A stretch of 64,000 nt of DNA. Origin: Alphaproteobacteria bacterium (GTDB lineage: Bacteria > Pseudomonadota > Alphaproteobacteria > SP197). The stretch is from the NCBI GenBank assembly GCA_964291415.2, contig OZ219918.1, forward strand, positions 192,001 to 256,000, read 5' to 3'. Position 1 is the first letter of the stretch; the number at the start of each line of letters is the position of its first letter. This document shows positions 8,906 to 18,957 of the stretch, one piece after another. A model generated the notes under the pieces. That model saw only the letters and a program-made list of their open reading frames with translations. It was not told where the DNA came from and searched no databases. Made by a program: the position numbers and the translations under genes.

Positions 8906-10354
8906 ATGACTGATCAACTAGCTTCGCTTACCGTCATCTTCACGGAATTCTACTACTGGGTCACGGTCGTCATCATGTTCCTGATCCACGTAGGGTTCTG
9001 TGTCTATGAGGTCGGCGCCTCGCGCCGCAAGAATCTTCAACACACGCTGATGAAGAACACGATGCTGATCCCGCTGGTCACCATCACGTTCTTCTATTTC
9101 GGATGGTGGATCTACTTCGCCTTCCCCTACTTCCCGCTGATGGGCGGATTATCGGATGCGCCTTGGGCCGTGCCGTGGTCCGAACTCATGGGCACCCACA
9201 TGGGCGGTGCGGTCACCGTTCAGGCCGCGAGCCTGACGTCGGATGACACCATGTTCTGGGCCCGCATCAACGGGGTCTTCTGGGCAGCCTTCCTGCTGTT
9301 CTCATGGACCACCGCGTCCATCGTCTCCGGTGCCGTCATCGAACGCATCAAGACCCAGGCGTTCCTGCTCGTGGTCGTTCTTGTCGGTTCGGTGACATGG
9401 ATTATCGATGCCGCCTGGGGCTGGAGCTGGAATGGCTGGATGGTGCAGCTGTGGGGCTATCACGATGCCTACGCATCCTCGGTGGTGCACGGCATTGCCG
9501 GTGGCTCGGCGCTGGGCATCCTGGTCGTGCTGGGTCCCAGACTCGGCAAGTTCGCGGCCGACGGGACGCCGCGCAACATACCCCAGAACAATCCCTGGCT
9601 CGTCACGGTCGGGCTGTTCCTGATCTATACCGGGTTCTGGGGATTCTATGCCGCGTGCAACATTCCCATCATCGACTACACCGCTGATGTCATGGGAGCC
9701 GAGGGAGCAGCCTTCTTCACGGCAACCAACATCTACCTGACCCCGACATCGCTTTCCGCCATTACCTTCAACTTCCTGATGTCGCTCTCGGGCGGTCTCC
9801 TGGCAGGCTATCTGGTCTCGAGGGGGCAGCCGTTCTGGAGCTATTCGGGCGGTCTTGCAGGCGTCATCTGCGCCTCTGCCGGCAACGATCTCTATCATCC
9901 GATCGAGTCGATGGTCATCGCCATGGTCGGTGTGTGGATCGCCTACAAGATGCACCACTGGGTGGAGAGAAGGTTCAAGATCGACGATGCGGTGGGCGCC
10001 GTGGCCGTGCACGGCTACGCCGGCTTCGCCGGGACGGTGATCGCGGGCTTCATGCTCTGGGGTTATCCCTCCAACGTCGCCTACGAAGCGACGGGCTGGT
10101 TCGGCAACACCGACGGTGTGGCATCCATCAATCCGCTCGGCCAGTTCCTTGGCGCCGTGCTGATGTTCTGGGGTCTTGGCTTCCTGCCCTGCTGGGTGCT
10201 GGCCAAGGTTCTCGATGGCCTGGGCTGGTTGCGTGTGCCGCGCGAAGTCGAACTTGCCGGTCTCGATACCCATGACTACGGGGATGCCTTCCCGTACCAC
10301 GCCTATCGTGACACGGCGATGGAAGACATCGACCGCGATCTCGCGAAGAGCTGA
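8906..10354 (+). CDS. Ammonium transporter (Amt family), divergent; candidate methylamine transporter
   Basis: About 11 hydrophobic segments; MFLIHVGF..YEVG, SIVSGAVIER, VVHGIAGG, LGPRLGKF, IDDAVGAVAVHG (both pore histidines present). Confidence 0.9.
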   Translation: MTDQLASLTVIFTEFYYWVTVVIMFLIHVGFCVYEVGASRRKNLQHTLMKNTMLIPLVTITFFYFGWWIYFAFPYFPLMGGLSDAPWAVPWSELMGTHMGGAVTVQAASLTSDDTMFWARINGVFWAAFLLFSWTTASIVSGAVIERIKTQAFLLVVVLVGSVTWIIDAAWGWSWNGWMVQLWGYHDAYASSVVHGIAGGSALGILVVLGPRLGKFAADGTPRNIPQNNPWLVTVGLFLIYTGFWGFYAACNIPIIDYTADVMGAEGAAFFTATNIYLTPTSLSAITFNFLMSLSGGLLAGYLVSRGQPFWSYSGGLAGVICASAGNDLYHPIESMVIAMVGVWIAYKMHHWVERRFKIDDAVGAVAVHGYAGFAGTVIAGFMLWGYPSNVAYEATGWFGNTDGVASINPLGQFLGAVLMFWGLGFLPCWVLAKVLDGLGWLRVPREVELAGLDTHDYGDAFPYHAYRDTAMEDIDRDLAKS

Positions 10355-10381
10355 GCGGTTCCGGAAAGGAGACAGGAAACC

Positions 10382-10615
10382 ATGTCTACCAATGTTGAAA
10401 GCTGGTCCGATGTTGCGTCTCTGGGCGCCATCTATCCCTTCCCGGGAATCGAATGGCTCCTCGTCCTTGCTGGCGTCGCCATCTGGGTGATCTGGCACGT
10501 CTGGCAGATTCGTTCGGAGAATTCCGAGTACGATGCGGCGGTCCAACACTACAAGGACGTCGGCATGGACAAGGCCCTCGATCATCGAGGGCGCCATGAC
10601 GCCATGCTCGACTGA
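10382..10615 (+). CDS. Small single-TM hypothetical protein downstream of Amt
   Basis: RBS (AGGA), GAIYPFPG followed by one hydrophobic helix, then a terminator hairpin. Confidence 0.75.
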   Translation: MSTNVESWSDVASLGAIYPFPGIEWLLVLAGVAIWVIWHVWQIRSENSEYDAAVQHYKDVGMDKALDHRGRHDAMLD

Positions 10616-10633
10616 CGGGCAAGCAACCAATTC

Positions 10634-10663
10634 CAGGGGGCGGTGACCCACCGCCCCCTGTTT
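10634..10663 (+). terminator. Intrinsic terminator of the amt operon
   Basis: Perfect 12-bp stem CAGGGGGCGGTG/CACCGCCCCCTG, 3-nt loop, followed by TTT. Confidence 0.7.
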
Positions 10664-10668
10664 GACGC

Positions 10669-10708
10669 GATCGGGGGATGGCGCCATGCCGTCCCCCGAT
10701 CCTCTTTT
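10669..10708 (+). terminator. Second hairpin / tandem terminator
   Basis: GATCGGGGGATGGC-N5-GCCGTCCCCCGATC (one G:U pair) followed by CTCTTTT. Confidence 0.5.
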
Positions 10709-11080
10709 GGGGGAAGCCACGCAGGCGGCGAAACAGCAGCCTGACGTACGGGGAAGAGCCGCCTCTCGTGCAGGTCCACGCTCCCGATCCCCGAACTGCT
10801 ATGGTTGATTCCGCCCGATGGCGATGGACGGCTGCGCATGGCCGCTGGCCATTCCTCCGCGGCCAAACGGACGTCAGCCACCTTGCCTCTGAGGGCAGGG
10901 TCGCAGCCATCCGGGATGTCACCGGAGAGACAAGGCACCGAACAGCCGAAGCTGGCAACATGACCCCGCATCTTCGGTCTGAGGGCGATCAGAAAGCAGA
11001 TGTCTATTGTTGACATTGCAACCAATTGAAAATATGAACATTGGTAATGAAACCTGTCAGATCGAACTCTTCTTTACCAA

Positions 11081-12111
11081 ATGATGAAATTCAGCGAACT
11101 CGGATCAAGGGTGGCCAGAGAGCGGATCGACATGGTTCAGCTCTGGAATGCCTGGTCGGAAACCGAGAGCCTGCGGCGGCACAGTTTCCTGGGCTCGATG
11201 AACTGGGAGACGAGGAACGAAAGACACTATCTCTATAGAAGAAGAGTCGGAGTTGTGAAATCCCTTGGCCCTCGCTCGCCGGAAACGGAGAGAATCTTCG
11301 CTGCGTTCACCGAAGGAAAGAAGGCCAATGCGGAGAGACTGAAGGCGTTGAACGAAGAGATCCGTATCCAGGCCAGTGTTCTCCGCGCACTGGGTGCGGG
11401 ACGGCTTCCGCTCATGGCTGCCCGGACTCTGCGTGCACTGCAGTCCTATCGGACGGACAGTATCCGGACGGTCGGCACGATTGCACTCTATGCCTATGAG
11501 GCGCTTGCCGGTGTCATGTTCAGCAGGGACTCCACCGCCACGGGGGACCTCGATCTGTTGGTCGATGACCGCAACAGGCTGCAGCTTGTCTCGGAGGACG
11601 GGAAGCGGACAGGCCTGATTGCCCTGATCCAGAAGAGGGTAGACAGGACATTCCGTCCGCGGGCCGCCGGAGACTTCCGGTTGATCAACGATGAGGGCTA
11701 CATGGTCGAATTCATAAGGCCGCAGCCCAGATCGATACATCGACGCATGCCCGGAGCCGAACCTCTCGAGGAAGGGGATGTTGAGCCTGCGCCCATATTT
11801 GGTCTGCAATGGCTCGTCAACGCGCCCGCCGTGGAGACGGTGGTTCTGGACGAGCGCGGGTTTCCGGTCCCGATGAGGGTGCCGGATCCTCGTTGCTGGG
11901 CTCTGCACAAGTCGTGGCTTTCCAACAGACCGGACCGTGCTTCCCTGAGGAGGTCTCGGGACAGACAGCAGGCGGAACTGGTCATGCGTCTGGCCAGGAA
12001 CAACTGCCGCATCTTCCGTTCGACGGTGAATGGATGGCAAGAATGCCGAAGGAACTGCGCCTGATGGTCCCGGAAAAAGGTCCTGACGGCTCCATCGAAC
12101 CCCCGTGGTGA
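11081..12111 (+). CDS. Nucleotidyltransferase-domain protein (GSU2403-like), apparent frameshift near 11997
   Basis: KSLGPRSPETE, VGTIALYAYE, TGDLDLL, VPDPRCWALHKSWLS. The annotated frame stops at 12064; an alternative frame continues EQLPHLPFD...MPKELR to TGA 12111. Confidence 0.75.
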
Positions 12112-12321
12112 TCGGATAACTCGCTGCCGCATTCCCAGGGCAGGGGGTATGCCGGTGTTCAGGTGACTTTTGCGGACATCGTTCTCTGTCGGACACCTCT
12201 TGTCCTGACTCTCGCGGATGTCGCAGGGGCATTGCAGGGTATCGGGTTTGCGGATTGCGCAACACGGTGTGGCGCGGCGGGATGTTCGATCAGTGCGCCG
12301 AAGCAGCGGACGTCGTGACGC

Positions 12322-12738
12322 TCACAGGCGCACCGGCCAGCAGGGCTCCACCTCGGTCCACTCGTCATCCGAGTCTTGCGGCCATGGCGGCATGGTCACC
12401 GCGAAGGCCGAAAGTGCCGCCTCACGGCCGGCGCGGAACTGGAAGGACGTGCCGAGCGGGATGGTCAGGCAGAGACCGGGTGTCAGCGCGACGACCTCCT
12501 CCTGTTCGTCCGTGCGGCGCCACATCTCGCCGCGGCCCTCGAGGATGTACCAGATTTCTTCCACGCTCCGGTGGCGACCGGCGCGCGACACGCTGCCCGG
12601 CGCCAGGCGGAAATGTGCGCCACTGCCGCCGGCAAGGGAGCACAGGATGCGGACCTCCGCACCGTCGGGCGCGAGCGTGTCGGCTTCGTGGGGCAGCTGC
12701 CGGGCGGCGGGACGCCGATCCTGAGAGGCAGCAGTCAT
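12322..12738 (-). CDS. Cupin domain protein
   Basis: APDGAEVR, HRSVEEIWYILEGRGEMW, IPLGTSFQFR, TMPPWP; start reassigned to the ATG at 12738. Confidence 0.8.
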   Translation of the reverse strand: MTAASQDRRPAARQLPHEADTLAPDGAEVRILCSLAGGSGAHFRLAPGSVSRAGRHRSVEEIWYILEGRGEMWRRTDEQEEVVALTPGLCLTIPLGTSFQFRAGREAALSAFAVTMPPWPQDSDDEWTEVEPCWPVRL

Positions 12739-12900
12739 GGCAGGACGTGACGGGTGTCCATCAGGAGTGATCCCGGAGATTGCTCCAGGCCGACCCATAC
12801 CACGCGACCCCCTGTCTGGAGAAGGAGCTTCCCCCCGCCGTCCGGCACGCACGGGCGCCGGGGCTGGAGAACCGGGTCCCTGGCGGGTATCGTTGCGGCC

Positions 12901-13122
12901 ATGAAACAGGAACTCGATGTGCGGGGGCTCGCCTGTCCCTTGCCCGTGCTCAAGGCGCGCAAGCGCCTCAAGGAGATGGCGAGCGGGGATGTCCTCGTCG
13001 TTCATGCCACCGATCCCGGTTCGCAGAAGGACTTCGAGGCCTTTGCCGACACCACCGGCCATGCTCTGCTCGCCACGTCCATGGATGCCGGCGTCTACAC
13101 GTTCGAGATCCGACGCCGCTGA
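12901..13122 (+). CDS. tusA: TusA/SirA-family sulfurtransferase
   Basis: LDVRGLACPLPVLKARK with CPxP motif, ATDPGS; 73 aa. Confidence 0.85.
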   Translation: MKQELDVRGLACPLPVLKARKRLKEMASGDVLVVHATDPGSQKDFEAFADTTGHALLATSMDAGVYTFEIRRR

Positions 13123-13242
13123 TCCTTGTCTGTCGCCAGCAAGTAGAACTGTCCGGTTTTCGTAGCACATCAATTGGCCGCTTCTGTCGCCGCTGATCCT
13201 TGTCTTGCGGATCGTCGGTTCCTGGTCTAGGGTGGTTCCAGT

Positions 13243-13332
13243 CACTCACGGGGAGCTCCTTGGGAGCTGAGAGATGCCGAGACGCATCGACCCGTTGAAC
13301 CTGATCCGGATCATGCCGGCGTAGGGATTGAG
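13243..13332 (+). ncRNA. TPP riboswitch (THI element)
   Basis: GGG...GCTGAGA...ACCCGTTGAACCTGATCCGGATCATGCCGGCGTAGGGA consensus directly upstream of thiB; anti-SD CCCTCC (13361) can pair with GGAGG (13384). Confidence 0.92.
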
Positions 13333-13392
13333 GCGACGGTCTTTTCCCACCAGAAAGACACCCTCCCCGGCACCGGCGCCGAAGGAGGAACC

Positions 13393-14388
13393 ATGTCAAG
13401 AACAGCGACCTTTCTGTCGGCCGCCCTGCTCACCATCGTGTCAGCGCGGGCCGAAACACTTGATATCTACACATATGAGTCCTTTGTCAGCGAGTGGGGC
13501 CCGGGACCGCAGATCGAGGAGGCCTTCGAGGCCCGCTGCGAGTGCACCATCCGCTGGACGGCGGTCGATGACGCCGCGATCCTGCTGTCGAGGCTGCGCC
13601 TCGAGGGGTCAGGCGGAGACGCGGACGTGGTGCTCGGGCTCGACACCAACCTGATGGCCGAAACCCGCGACCTCGGCCTTGTCCGCCCGCATGGCCTTGC
13701 CGGCCTGGAGTTCGATCTGCCCGTTCCATGGGACGATCCCGTCTTCGTTCCCTTCGACTACGGGTACTTCGCCGTGATCTACGATGACCAGGCGCTGCCT
13801 CAGCCACCGGCATCACTCGATGACCTGGTGTCGGGCGGCAACGGCGCCGATCTCATCATCCAGGATCCCCGTACCAGCACCCCGGGGCTGGGCCTCATGC
13901 TGTGGATGAAGGCTGTCTTTGGCGATTCCGCGGCTGACGCCTGGCGCAGGCTGTCGTCACGTGTTCTCACGGTCACGGCAGGCTGGAGCGAGGCCTACGG
14001 TTTGTTCCTGGAGGGCGAGGCGCCGATGGTGCTGAGCTACACCACCTCTCCTGCCTATCACCAGCTTGTCGAGGGCGAGACGCGATACCGTGCCGCCATG
14101 TTCGAGGAAGGCCACTACATGCAGATCGAGGTGGCGGCCATGGTCGAGGGCACGGACCAGGAAGACCTCGCCCGCGACTTTCTGAGCTTCATTGCCACGC
14201 CGGAGTTCCAGGGTGCCATCCCGACCGGCAACTGGATGTACCCGGTGATCGATCTCGGTGACGATCTTCCCGACGTCTTCCGTGAACTGCCGGCGCCTGC
14301 CGTGTCACTGCTGCTGTCGCCGGATGAGGCCGGCGCCATGCGCAGGCAATGGATCGACGAGTGGCTGGAGGCGGCCATCGGAGAGTGA
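13393..14388 (+). CDS. thiB: Thiamine ABC transporter substrate-binding protein
   Basis: YTYESFVSEWGPGP, PFDYGYFA, QDPRTSTPGLG, GWSEAY, LSYTTSPAYH; downstream of the TPP riboswitch. Confidence 0.93.
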   Translation: MSRTATFLSAALLTIVSARAETLDIYTYESFVSEWGPGPQIEEAFEARCECTIRWTAVDDAAILLSRLRLEGSGGDADVVLGLDTNLMAETRDLGLVRPHGLAGLEFDLPVPWDDPVFVPFDYGYFAVIYDDQALPQPPASLDDLVSGGNGADLIIQDPRTSTPGLGLMLWMKAVFGDSAADAWRRLSSRVLTVTAGWSEAYGLFLEGEAPMVLSYTTSPAYHQLVEGETRYRAAMFEEGHYMQIEVAAMVEGTDQEDLARDFLSFIATPEFQGAIPTGNWMYPVIDLGDDLPDVFRELPAPAVSLLLSPDEAGAMRRQWIDEWLEAAIGE

Positions 14389-15986
14389 TGGTCGGTTTGC
14401 GGCCCCTGCTATGGCCCGGAGTGCTGGCGCTCGTCGCCTCTCCGGGTCTGGCGGTGCTGGCACTCGTGGCGCTTCTCGAAGCGGCGCCTCTGGGAGAAAC
14501 GGGACGCCTGTTCGATCGCTATGCGCTTCACGTGCTCGCCTTCACGGTTCTCCAGGCGACACTCTCCACGGTGCTTTCCCTTGTGTTCGCCGTTCCTGTT
14601 GCCAGGGCCCTGGCGCGCCGTCCTTCCTTCCCGGGACGCGGCATCGTGATCCGCCTCTTCGGCATCCCGCTGGTCCTGCCTGCCATCGTTGCCGTGTTCG
14701 GGGTGGTGGCCGTGTGGGGACAGAACGGCGCCGTCAACACCGCGCTGGAAACGGCAGGATTGGAGCGGTTCGGACCGATCTACGGGCTCGAGGGCATTCT
14801 CATTGCCCACACCTTCTTCAACATACCTCTTGCCGTGCGCCTGCTGCTGCCGGTCTGGGAGTCCATTCCCGGGGAGACATGGCGGCTGGCAGCGCAGCTC
14901 GGCATGACCTCGTGGCCGATCTTCCGGTTGATCGAGTGGCCCCGCATTGCCGAAGTTCTGCCTGGTATCGCCATGCTCGCCTTTCTCCTCACATTCTCCA
15001 GCTTCACCGTCGTTCTCGCGCTTGGCGGCGGTCCGGGGGCCGCCACGCTCGAAGTGGCGATCTACCAGGCGCTGAGGCTGGACTTCGACATCGTCCGTGC
15101 CGTCTTCCTCGCCGTGCTCCAGGTCGTGATCTGCGGCACCATCGCCATCGTCCTCTTCCGTTTCGCCCGCTTTTCCCTGAGTGAGGCAGGGGCGGGCAGG
15201 GTCACGAGGCGCCCCGATTCCCATGACCGGCTGGGCCGCATCGGCGATGCCCTCCTGATCGCCGCCGGCATCTTCTGGGTTGGCGCGCCGCTGGCCGCGG
15301 TCGCGATTTCCGGCCTGGCCGGGCCACTGGCGGACGTTCTCGCCCGCCAGGATGTCTGGCTTGCGGCGTTGCGCAGTGTCGTGGTCGGACTTGGCGCCGG
15401 TGTCGTTGCCGTCACCGTCGGCCTCCTGCTTGGCGCCACCACCTGCGATCTGGCCATGCGCCGCCACCGCCGCCGTCTGGCCGATGTCCTCGAGATTGCC
15501 GGCAGCCAGACCCTGATCGTGTCACCGGTGGTGCTGGGTGCCGGCCTCTTCGTTCTCCTCCTCGGGCATGTCCGGGTGTTCGACTGGGCCCTGCCGCTTG
15601 CCGCCCTGATCAACGGACTGGTCTGCGTCCCCTACGTGCTGCGGCTCGTCTCTCCGGTCCTGCGCCGGACTGCGGCCCACCATGACCGGTTGTGCGCCAG
15701 CCTCGGTCTTGCAGGCATGCGCCGGATTGTCTGGCTCGAGGGTCCCCTGGCGCTGCGCCCGCTGGCGACGGCACTGGCCCTGGCGACGGCGCTGGCCGCA
15801 GGCGATCTCACCGCAATCGCGCTCTTTGGAACCGAGCGAGAGGCAACCCTTGCCCTGCTTCTCTACCGGGCACTGGGCAGCTACCGCATGGATGAGGCTG
15901 CCGTGATCGCGCTGTTTCTCGTGCTGGTGTGCCTTGCCATCTTCGTTGTCATCGAGGGCCTAGGCCGTGTCGCCGCCCGGACTTGA
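14388..15986 (+). CDS. thiP: Thiamine ABC transporter permease
   Basis: TGATG coupling to thiB; FTVLQATLST, AHTFFNIPL, LGGGPGAATLEVAIYQ, duplicated permease domain. Confidence 0.9.
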   Translation: MVGLRPLLWPGVLALVASPGLAVLALVALLEAAPLGETGRLFDRYALHVLAFTVLQATLSTVLSLVFAVPVARALARRPSFPGRGIVIRLFGIPLVLPAIVAVFGVVAVWGQNGAVNTALETAGLERFGPIYGLEGILIAHTFFNIPLAVRLLLPVWESIPGETWRLAAQLGMTSWPIFRLIEWPRIAEVLPGIAMLAFLLTFSSFTVVLALGGGPGAATLEVAIYQALRLDFDIVRAVFLAVLQVVICGTIAIVLFRFARFSLSEAGAGRVTRRPDSHDRLGRIGDALLIAAGIFWVGAPLAAVAISGLAGPLADVLARQDVWLAALRSVVVGLGAGVVAVTVGLLLGATTCDLAMRRHRRRLADVLEIAGSQTLIVSPVVLGAGLFVLLLGHVRVFDWALPLAALINGLVCVPYVLRLVSPVLRRTAAHHDRLCASLGLAGMRRIVWLEGPLALRPLATALALATALAAGDLTAIALFGTEREATLALLLYRALGSYRMDEAAVIALFLVLVCLAIFVVIEGLGRVAART

Positions 15987-16698
15987 ACTCGACGGCATCA
16001 CGTTCGGCCAGGGCGGCTGGACTCTCGCCGCCGACCTTGCGGTGCGCCGCGGCGAGTTGCTGGCGCTCATCGGCGCCAGCGGCGCCGGCAAGAGCACGCT
16101 GCTGTCTCTGGCCGCCGGGTTCGAAAGGCCGCTCGAGGGGCGCGTTCTGGTCGATGGAACGGCGGTGACGGATCTTCCGCCCGCATCGAGACCGATCACC
16201 ACGCTCTTCCAGGAGCACAATCTCTTTGCCCACCTTTCGGCTCTCGACAACGTCGCCCTTGGCCTTCATCCCGGCCTGAGACTGACGGCAACGGACCGGC
16301 GAACGGCCCATGAGGCCCTCTCCCGCGTGGAGCTCGAGACCATGGCGCACCGGCGGCCCGGCGAACTCTCCGGTGGCGAGCGCCAGCGGGTCGCCCTTGC
16401 AAGGGCGCTGGTGATGAAACGCCCCGTGCTGCTCCTGGACGAGCCCTTCGCGGCTCTCGGACCGGCATTGCGGCGCGCCATGCTCGATCTCGTGTCAAGG
16501 CTGAGGAGGGAGTCCGGGCTGACCCTGGTGATGGTCACCCATGATCCCGCGGATGCCCGGCGAATTGCCGACTCGGTTGCCTTCATGGACGGCGGACGCA
16601 TTCTCCTCACCGGGCCCACGGACTCGGTTCTCGACACCCCGGAACTGCCGGAACTGGTGCGTTATCTCGACCCCGAGTCCGATCAGGATCCGTCGTAA
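15967..16698 (+). CDS. thiQ: Thiamine ABC transporter ATP-binding protein
   Basis: GASGAGKST, LFQEHNLFAHL, LSGGERQR, LLLDEPFAAL. Confidence 0.9.
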   Translation: MSPPGLELDGITFGQGGWTLAADLAVRRGELLALIGASGAGKSTLLSLAAGFERPLEGRVLVDGTAVTDLPPASRPITTLFQEHNLFAHLSALDNVALGLHPGLRLTATDRRTAHEALSRVELETMAHRRPGELSGGERQRVALARALVMKRPVLLLDEPFAALGPALRRAMLDLVSRLRRESGLTLVMVTHDPADARRIADSVAFMDGGRILLTGPTDSVLDTPELPELVRYLDPESDQDPS

Positions 16699-17096
16699 TC
16701 CTCCAGGGCGGCGGCAAGGGCCGCCCTCTCAGGCCCGGCGACGAGGGTGCTGGCGAACACCGCGTCCGGCTCCATGAACTGCATGTCGATCTCCTCGCCG
16801 GCGGGCACGCACGGAGAATCGTCCGACTCGACGAGGTAGTAGATGGGCGTGTAGGGCGCTCGTGTCCACGGGCTGATCAGGGTTCCCGGATCATGGAGTT
16901 CCCGCATGATCCGGATTTCCATGCCGGTCTCTTCCCGGAACTCCCTTCTGAGTGCCGCATGCGCGGTCTCGCCATGATCGACGCCACCGCCTGGATACTT
17001 CCACACGAAGAGCCCGCCGACGTATTCGGCGGCGACGAGGACCTGGCGGTTGCGCAGCAGGACGCCGTAGACGCGATAGTTCTGTGGATGGGTCAT
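16683..17096 (-). CDS. NUDIX hydrolase
   Basis: Nudix box GGGVDHGETAHAALRREFREETG. Confidence 0.85.
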   Translation of the reverse strand: MTHPQNYRVYGVLLRNRQVLVAAEYVGGLFVWKYPGGGVDHGETAHAALRREFREETGMEIRIMRELHDPGTLISPWTRAPYTPIYYLVESDDSPCVPAGEEIDMQFMEPDAVFASTLVAGPERAALAAALEDYDGS

Positions 17097-17179
17097 GAGG
17101 CGGGCACCGACGGCTTTCGTGTCATGGAGGATCGCCTGTTGTACAAGCACTGATTGTCGGCTCTACCGGAAGATGCACC

Positions 17180-18550
17180 ATGGCAGCAAGCACGAACATT
17201 CTCGAGACCGTCGGCAACACGCCGATGGTCGAGGTGAGATCCTTCGACACCGGTCCCTGCCGTCTCTTCCTGAAGCTGGAAAACCAGAATCCGGGGGGAT
17301 CGATCAAGGATCGCCCGGCGCTGTCCATGGTGGAGGCCGCCGAACGATCCGGAGCCATCGGACCGGGCGGCACGCTGATCGAAGCGACGGCGGGGAACAC
17401 CGGCATCGGCCTTGCCCTCGTGGCGCGCCAGAAGGGCTATCGCCTGCTTCTCGTGATACCCGACAAGATGAGCCAGGAGAAGATCTTCAACCTGCAGGCC
17501 ATGGGAGCGGAAATCCGCCTGACGCGATCGGACGTCACGAGGGGGCACCCGGAGTACTACCAGGACCTCGCCAGCCGTCTGGCCGACGAGACCCCCAACA
17601 GCTTCTTCGTCAACCAGTTCGGCAATCCGGCGAATCCGCTGGCCCACGAAGAGGGAACGGGCCCGGAGATCTGGGAGCAGATGGACCACAAGGTGGATGC
17701 CGTTGTCTGTGGCGTGGGATCCGGCGGCACCATCACCGGGATCGGCCGCTTCTTCGCCCGGCGGGCGCCGCATGTCGAGATGATCCTCGCCGATCCCCTC
17801 GGATCGGTGCTGGCCGACAAGGTCAACACGGGCACGCCGGGACCGCTGGGATCCTGGCTTGTCGAGGGGATCGGCGAGGATTTCATTCCCGAGGTGAGCG
17901 ACCTTTCCCTTGTCTCGAAGGCCTACAAGGTGGCGGATGCCGAGGCCTTTGCCGCGGCGCGCAAGCTCCTCGTGGATGAAGGCATCCTGGCGGGCTCGTC
18001 GTCGGGCACCCTGCTGGCGGGCGCACTGGCCTACTGCCGTGAACAGGACGAGGAGAAGAACGTGGTGACACTGGTCTGCGACAGCGGCAACAAGTACCTC
18101 TCCAAGATGTACAACGACTACTGGATGCTTGATCAGGGATTTCTCGAGCGCGAGAGCTTCGGCGACCTGCGCGATCTCATCGCCCGCCCCCATGCCGACC
18201 GGGCCTCCGTCACGACGGCACCGGACGATACGCTCGCCGACGCGCTGTCACGCATGAAACTCTACGACATCAGCCAGTTGCCGGTCCTGGCGGACGACAA
18301 CGTGGTCGGCATCATCGATGAATCCGACATCCTGTGGGCCATTCACCGCCGTCATGGCGCCTTCACGGATCACGTGGCATCGGCGATGTCGGTGAGCCCG
18401 GAAACCGTCGAGGCGACCGCCGACATCGATACGCTGATGACCATCTTCCGCCGTGACCTGACGGCGATCGTCGTCGACAACGACGCCTTTCTCGGAGTGA
18501 TCACCCGCATCGACCTCCTCAACTGGCTGCGCCGGGAGCACCGCCTGTAA
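17180..18550 (+). CDS. cbs: Cystathionine beta-synthase (PLP domain + CBS pair)
   Basis: KLENQNPGGSIKDR, EATAGNTG, GSGGT, VEGIG, C-terminal CBS domains. Confidence 0.9.
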   Translation: MAASTNILETVGNTPMVEVRSFDTGPCRLFLKLENQNPGGSIKDRPALSMVEAAERSGAIGPGGTLIEATAGNTGIGLALVARQKGYRLLLVIPDKMSQEKIFNLQAMGAEIRLTRSDVTRGHPEYYQDLASRLADETPNSFFVNQFGNPANPLAHEEGTGPEIWEQMDHKVDAVVCGVGSGGTITGIGRFFARRAPHVEMILADPLGSVLADKVNTGTPGPLGSWLVEGIGEDFIPEVSDLSLVSKAYKVADAEAFAAARKLLVDEGILAGSSSGTLLAGALAYCREQDEEKNVVTLVCDSGNKYLSKMYNDYWMLDQGFLERESFGDLRDLIARPHADRASVTTAPDDTLADALSRMKLYDISQLPVLADDNVVGIIDESDILWAIHRRHGAFTDHVASAMSVSPETVEATADIDTLMTIFRRDLTAIVVDNDAFLGVITRIDLLNWLRREHRL

Positions 18551-18887
18551 GCATCGCGATGGTCACGTCCGGTACTGTGACCGCATAGCCTGGTGAACCT
18601 TGGCTTGAGCCCCGCATGCAGCAGATCAGTCCCGTTCGTTGTGTGGCGGTTGGCTGTGACCTGTTCCAGGATGGCCGTGAATGAGGTGTTCGGCGGTCCG
18701 TTCTCGACATCGAAGGCGACACGGGCGGTGACTTCCGGAATGGACACGCTGCAAGTCGACTGCGGCCTGTCGTGAAGTCAGGACGCCCGTCCGGTGTCAG
18801 TGGGGGTATTCACCGCCAGCACCTGGGGTACGTCGGTTCACAGTTGGAGTACTTCTCCAACCTCGTTGCGACGCGCCCCTTTTGATC

Positions 18888-18957
18888 GGATGGAATTGGA
18901 TGGACAATTGGATGTCGATGCGGCATTCTCGAATTGGATGGAATTGGATGGGACAAT
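18888..18957 (+). repeat. Direct repeats upstream of the Fic gene (4x AATTGGATG)
   Basis: AATTGGATG at 18894, 18906, 18932 and 18942; larger unit GGATGGAATTGGATGG(G)ACAAT occurs twice. Confidence 0.8.

Noticed and set aside
10710-11000. Possible decayed PIN toxin on the minus strand (GIGSVDLH)
   Set aside because: A single short motif is insufficient without a search.
12901-13122. tusA as part of the thiamine operon
   Set aside because: It lies upstream of the TPP riboswitch, so it is not under its control, and no thiamine biosynthesis genes are nearby.
18551-18840. Short ORFs between cbs and fic
   Set aside because: No RBS or motif support; may be a gene fragment but cannot be assigned.
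18888-18957. Possible mini-CRISPR
   Set aside because: Repeats are 9-21 bp with no regular unique spacers, and no cas genes are present.
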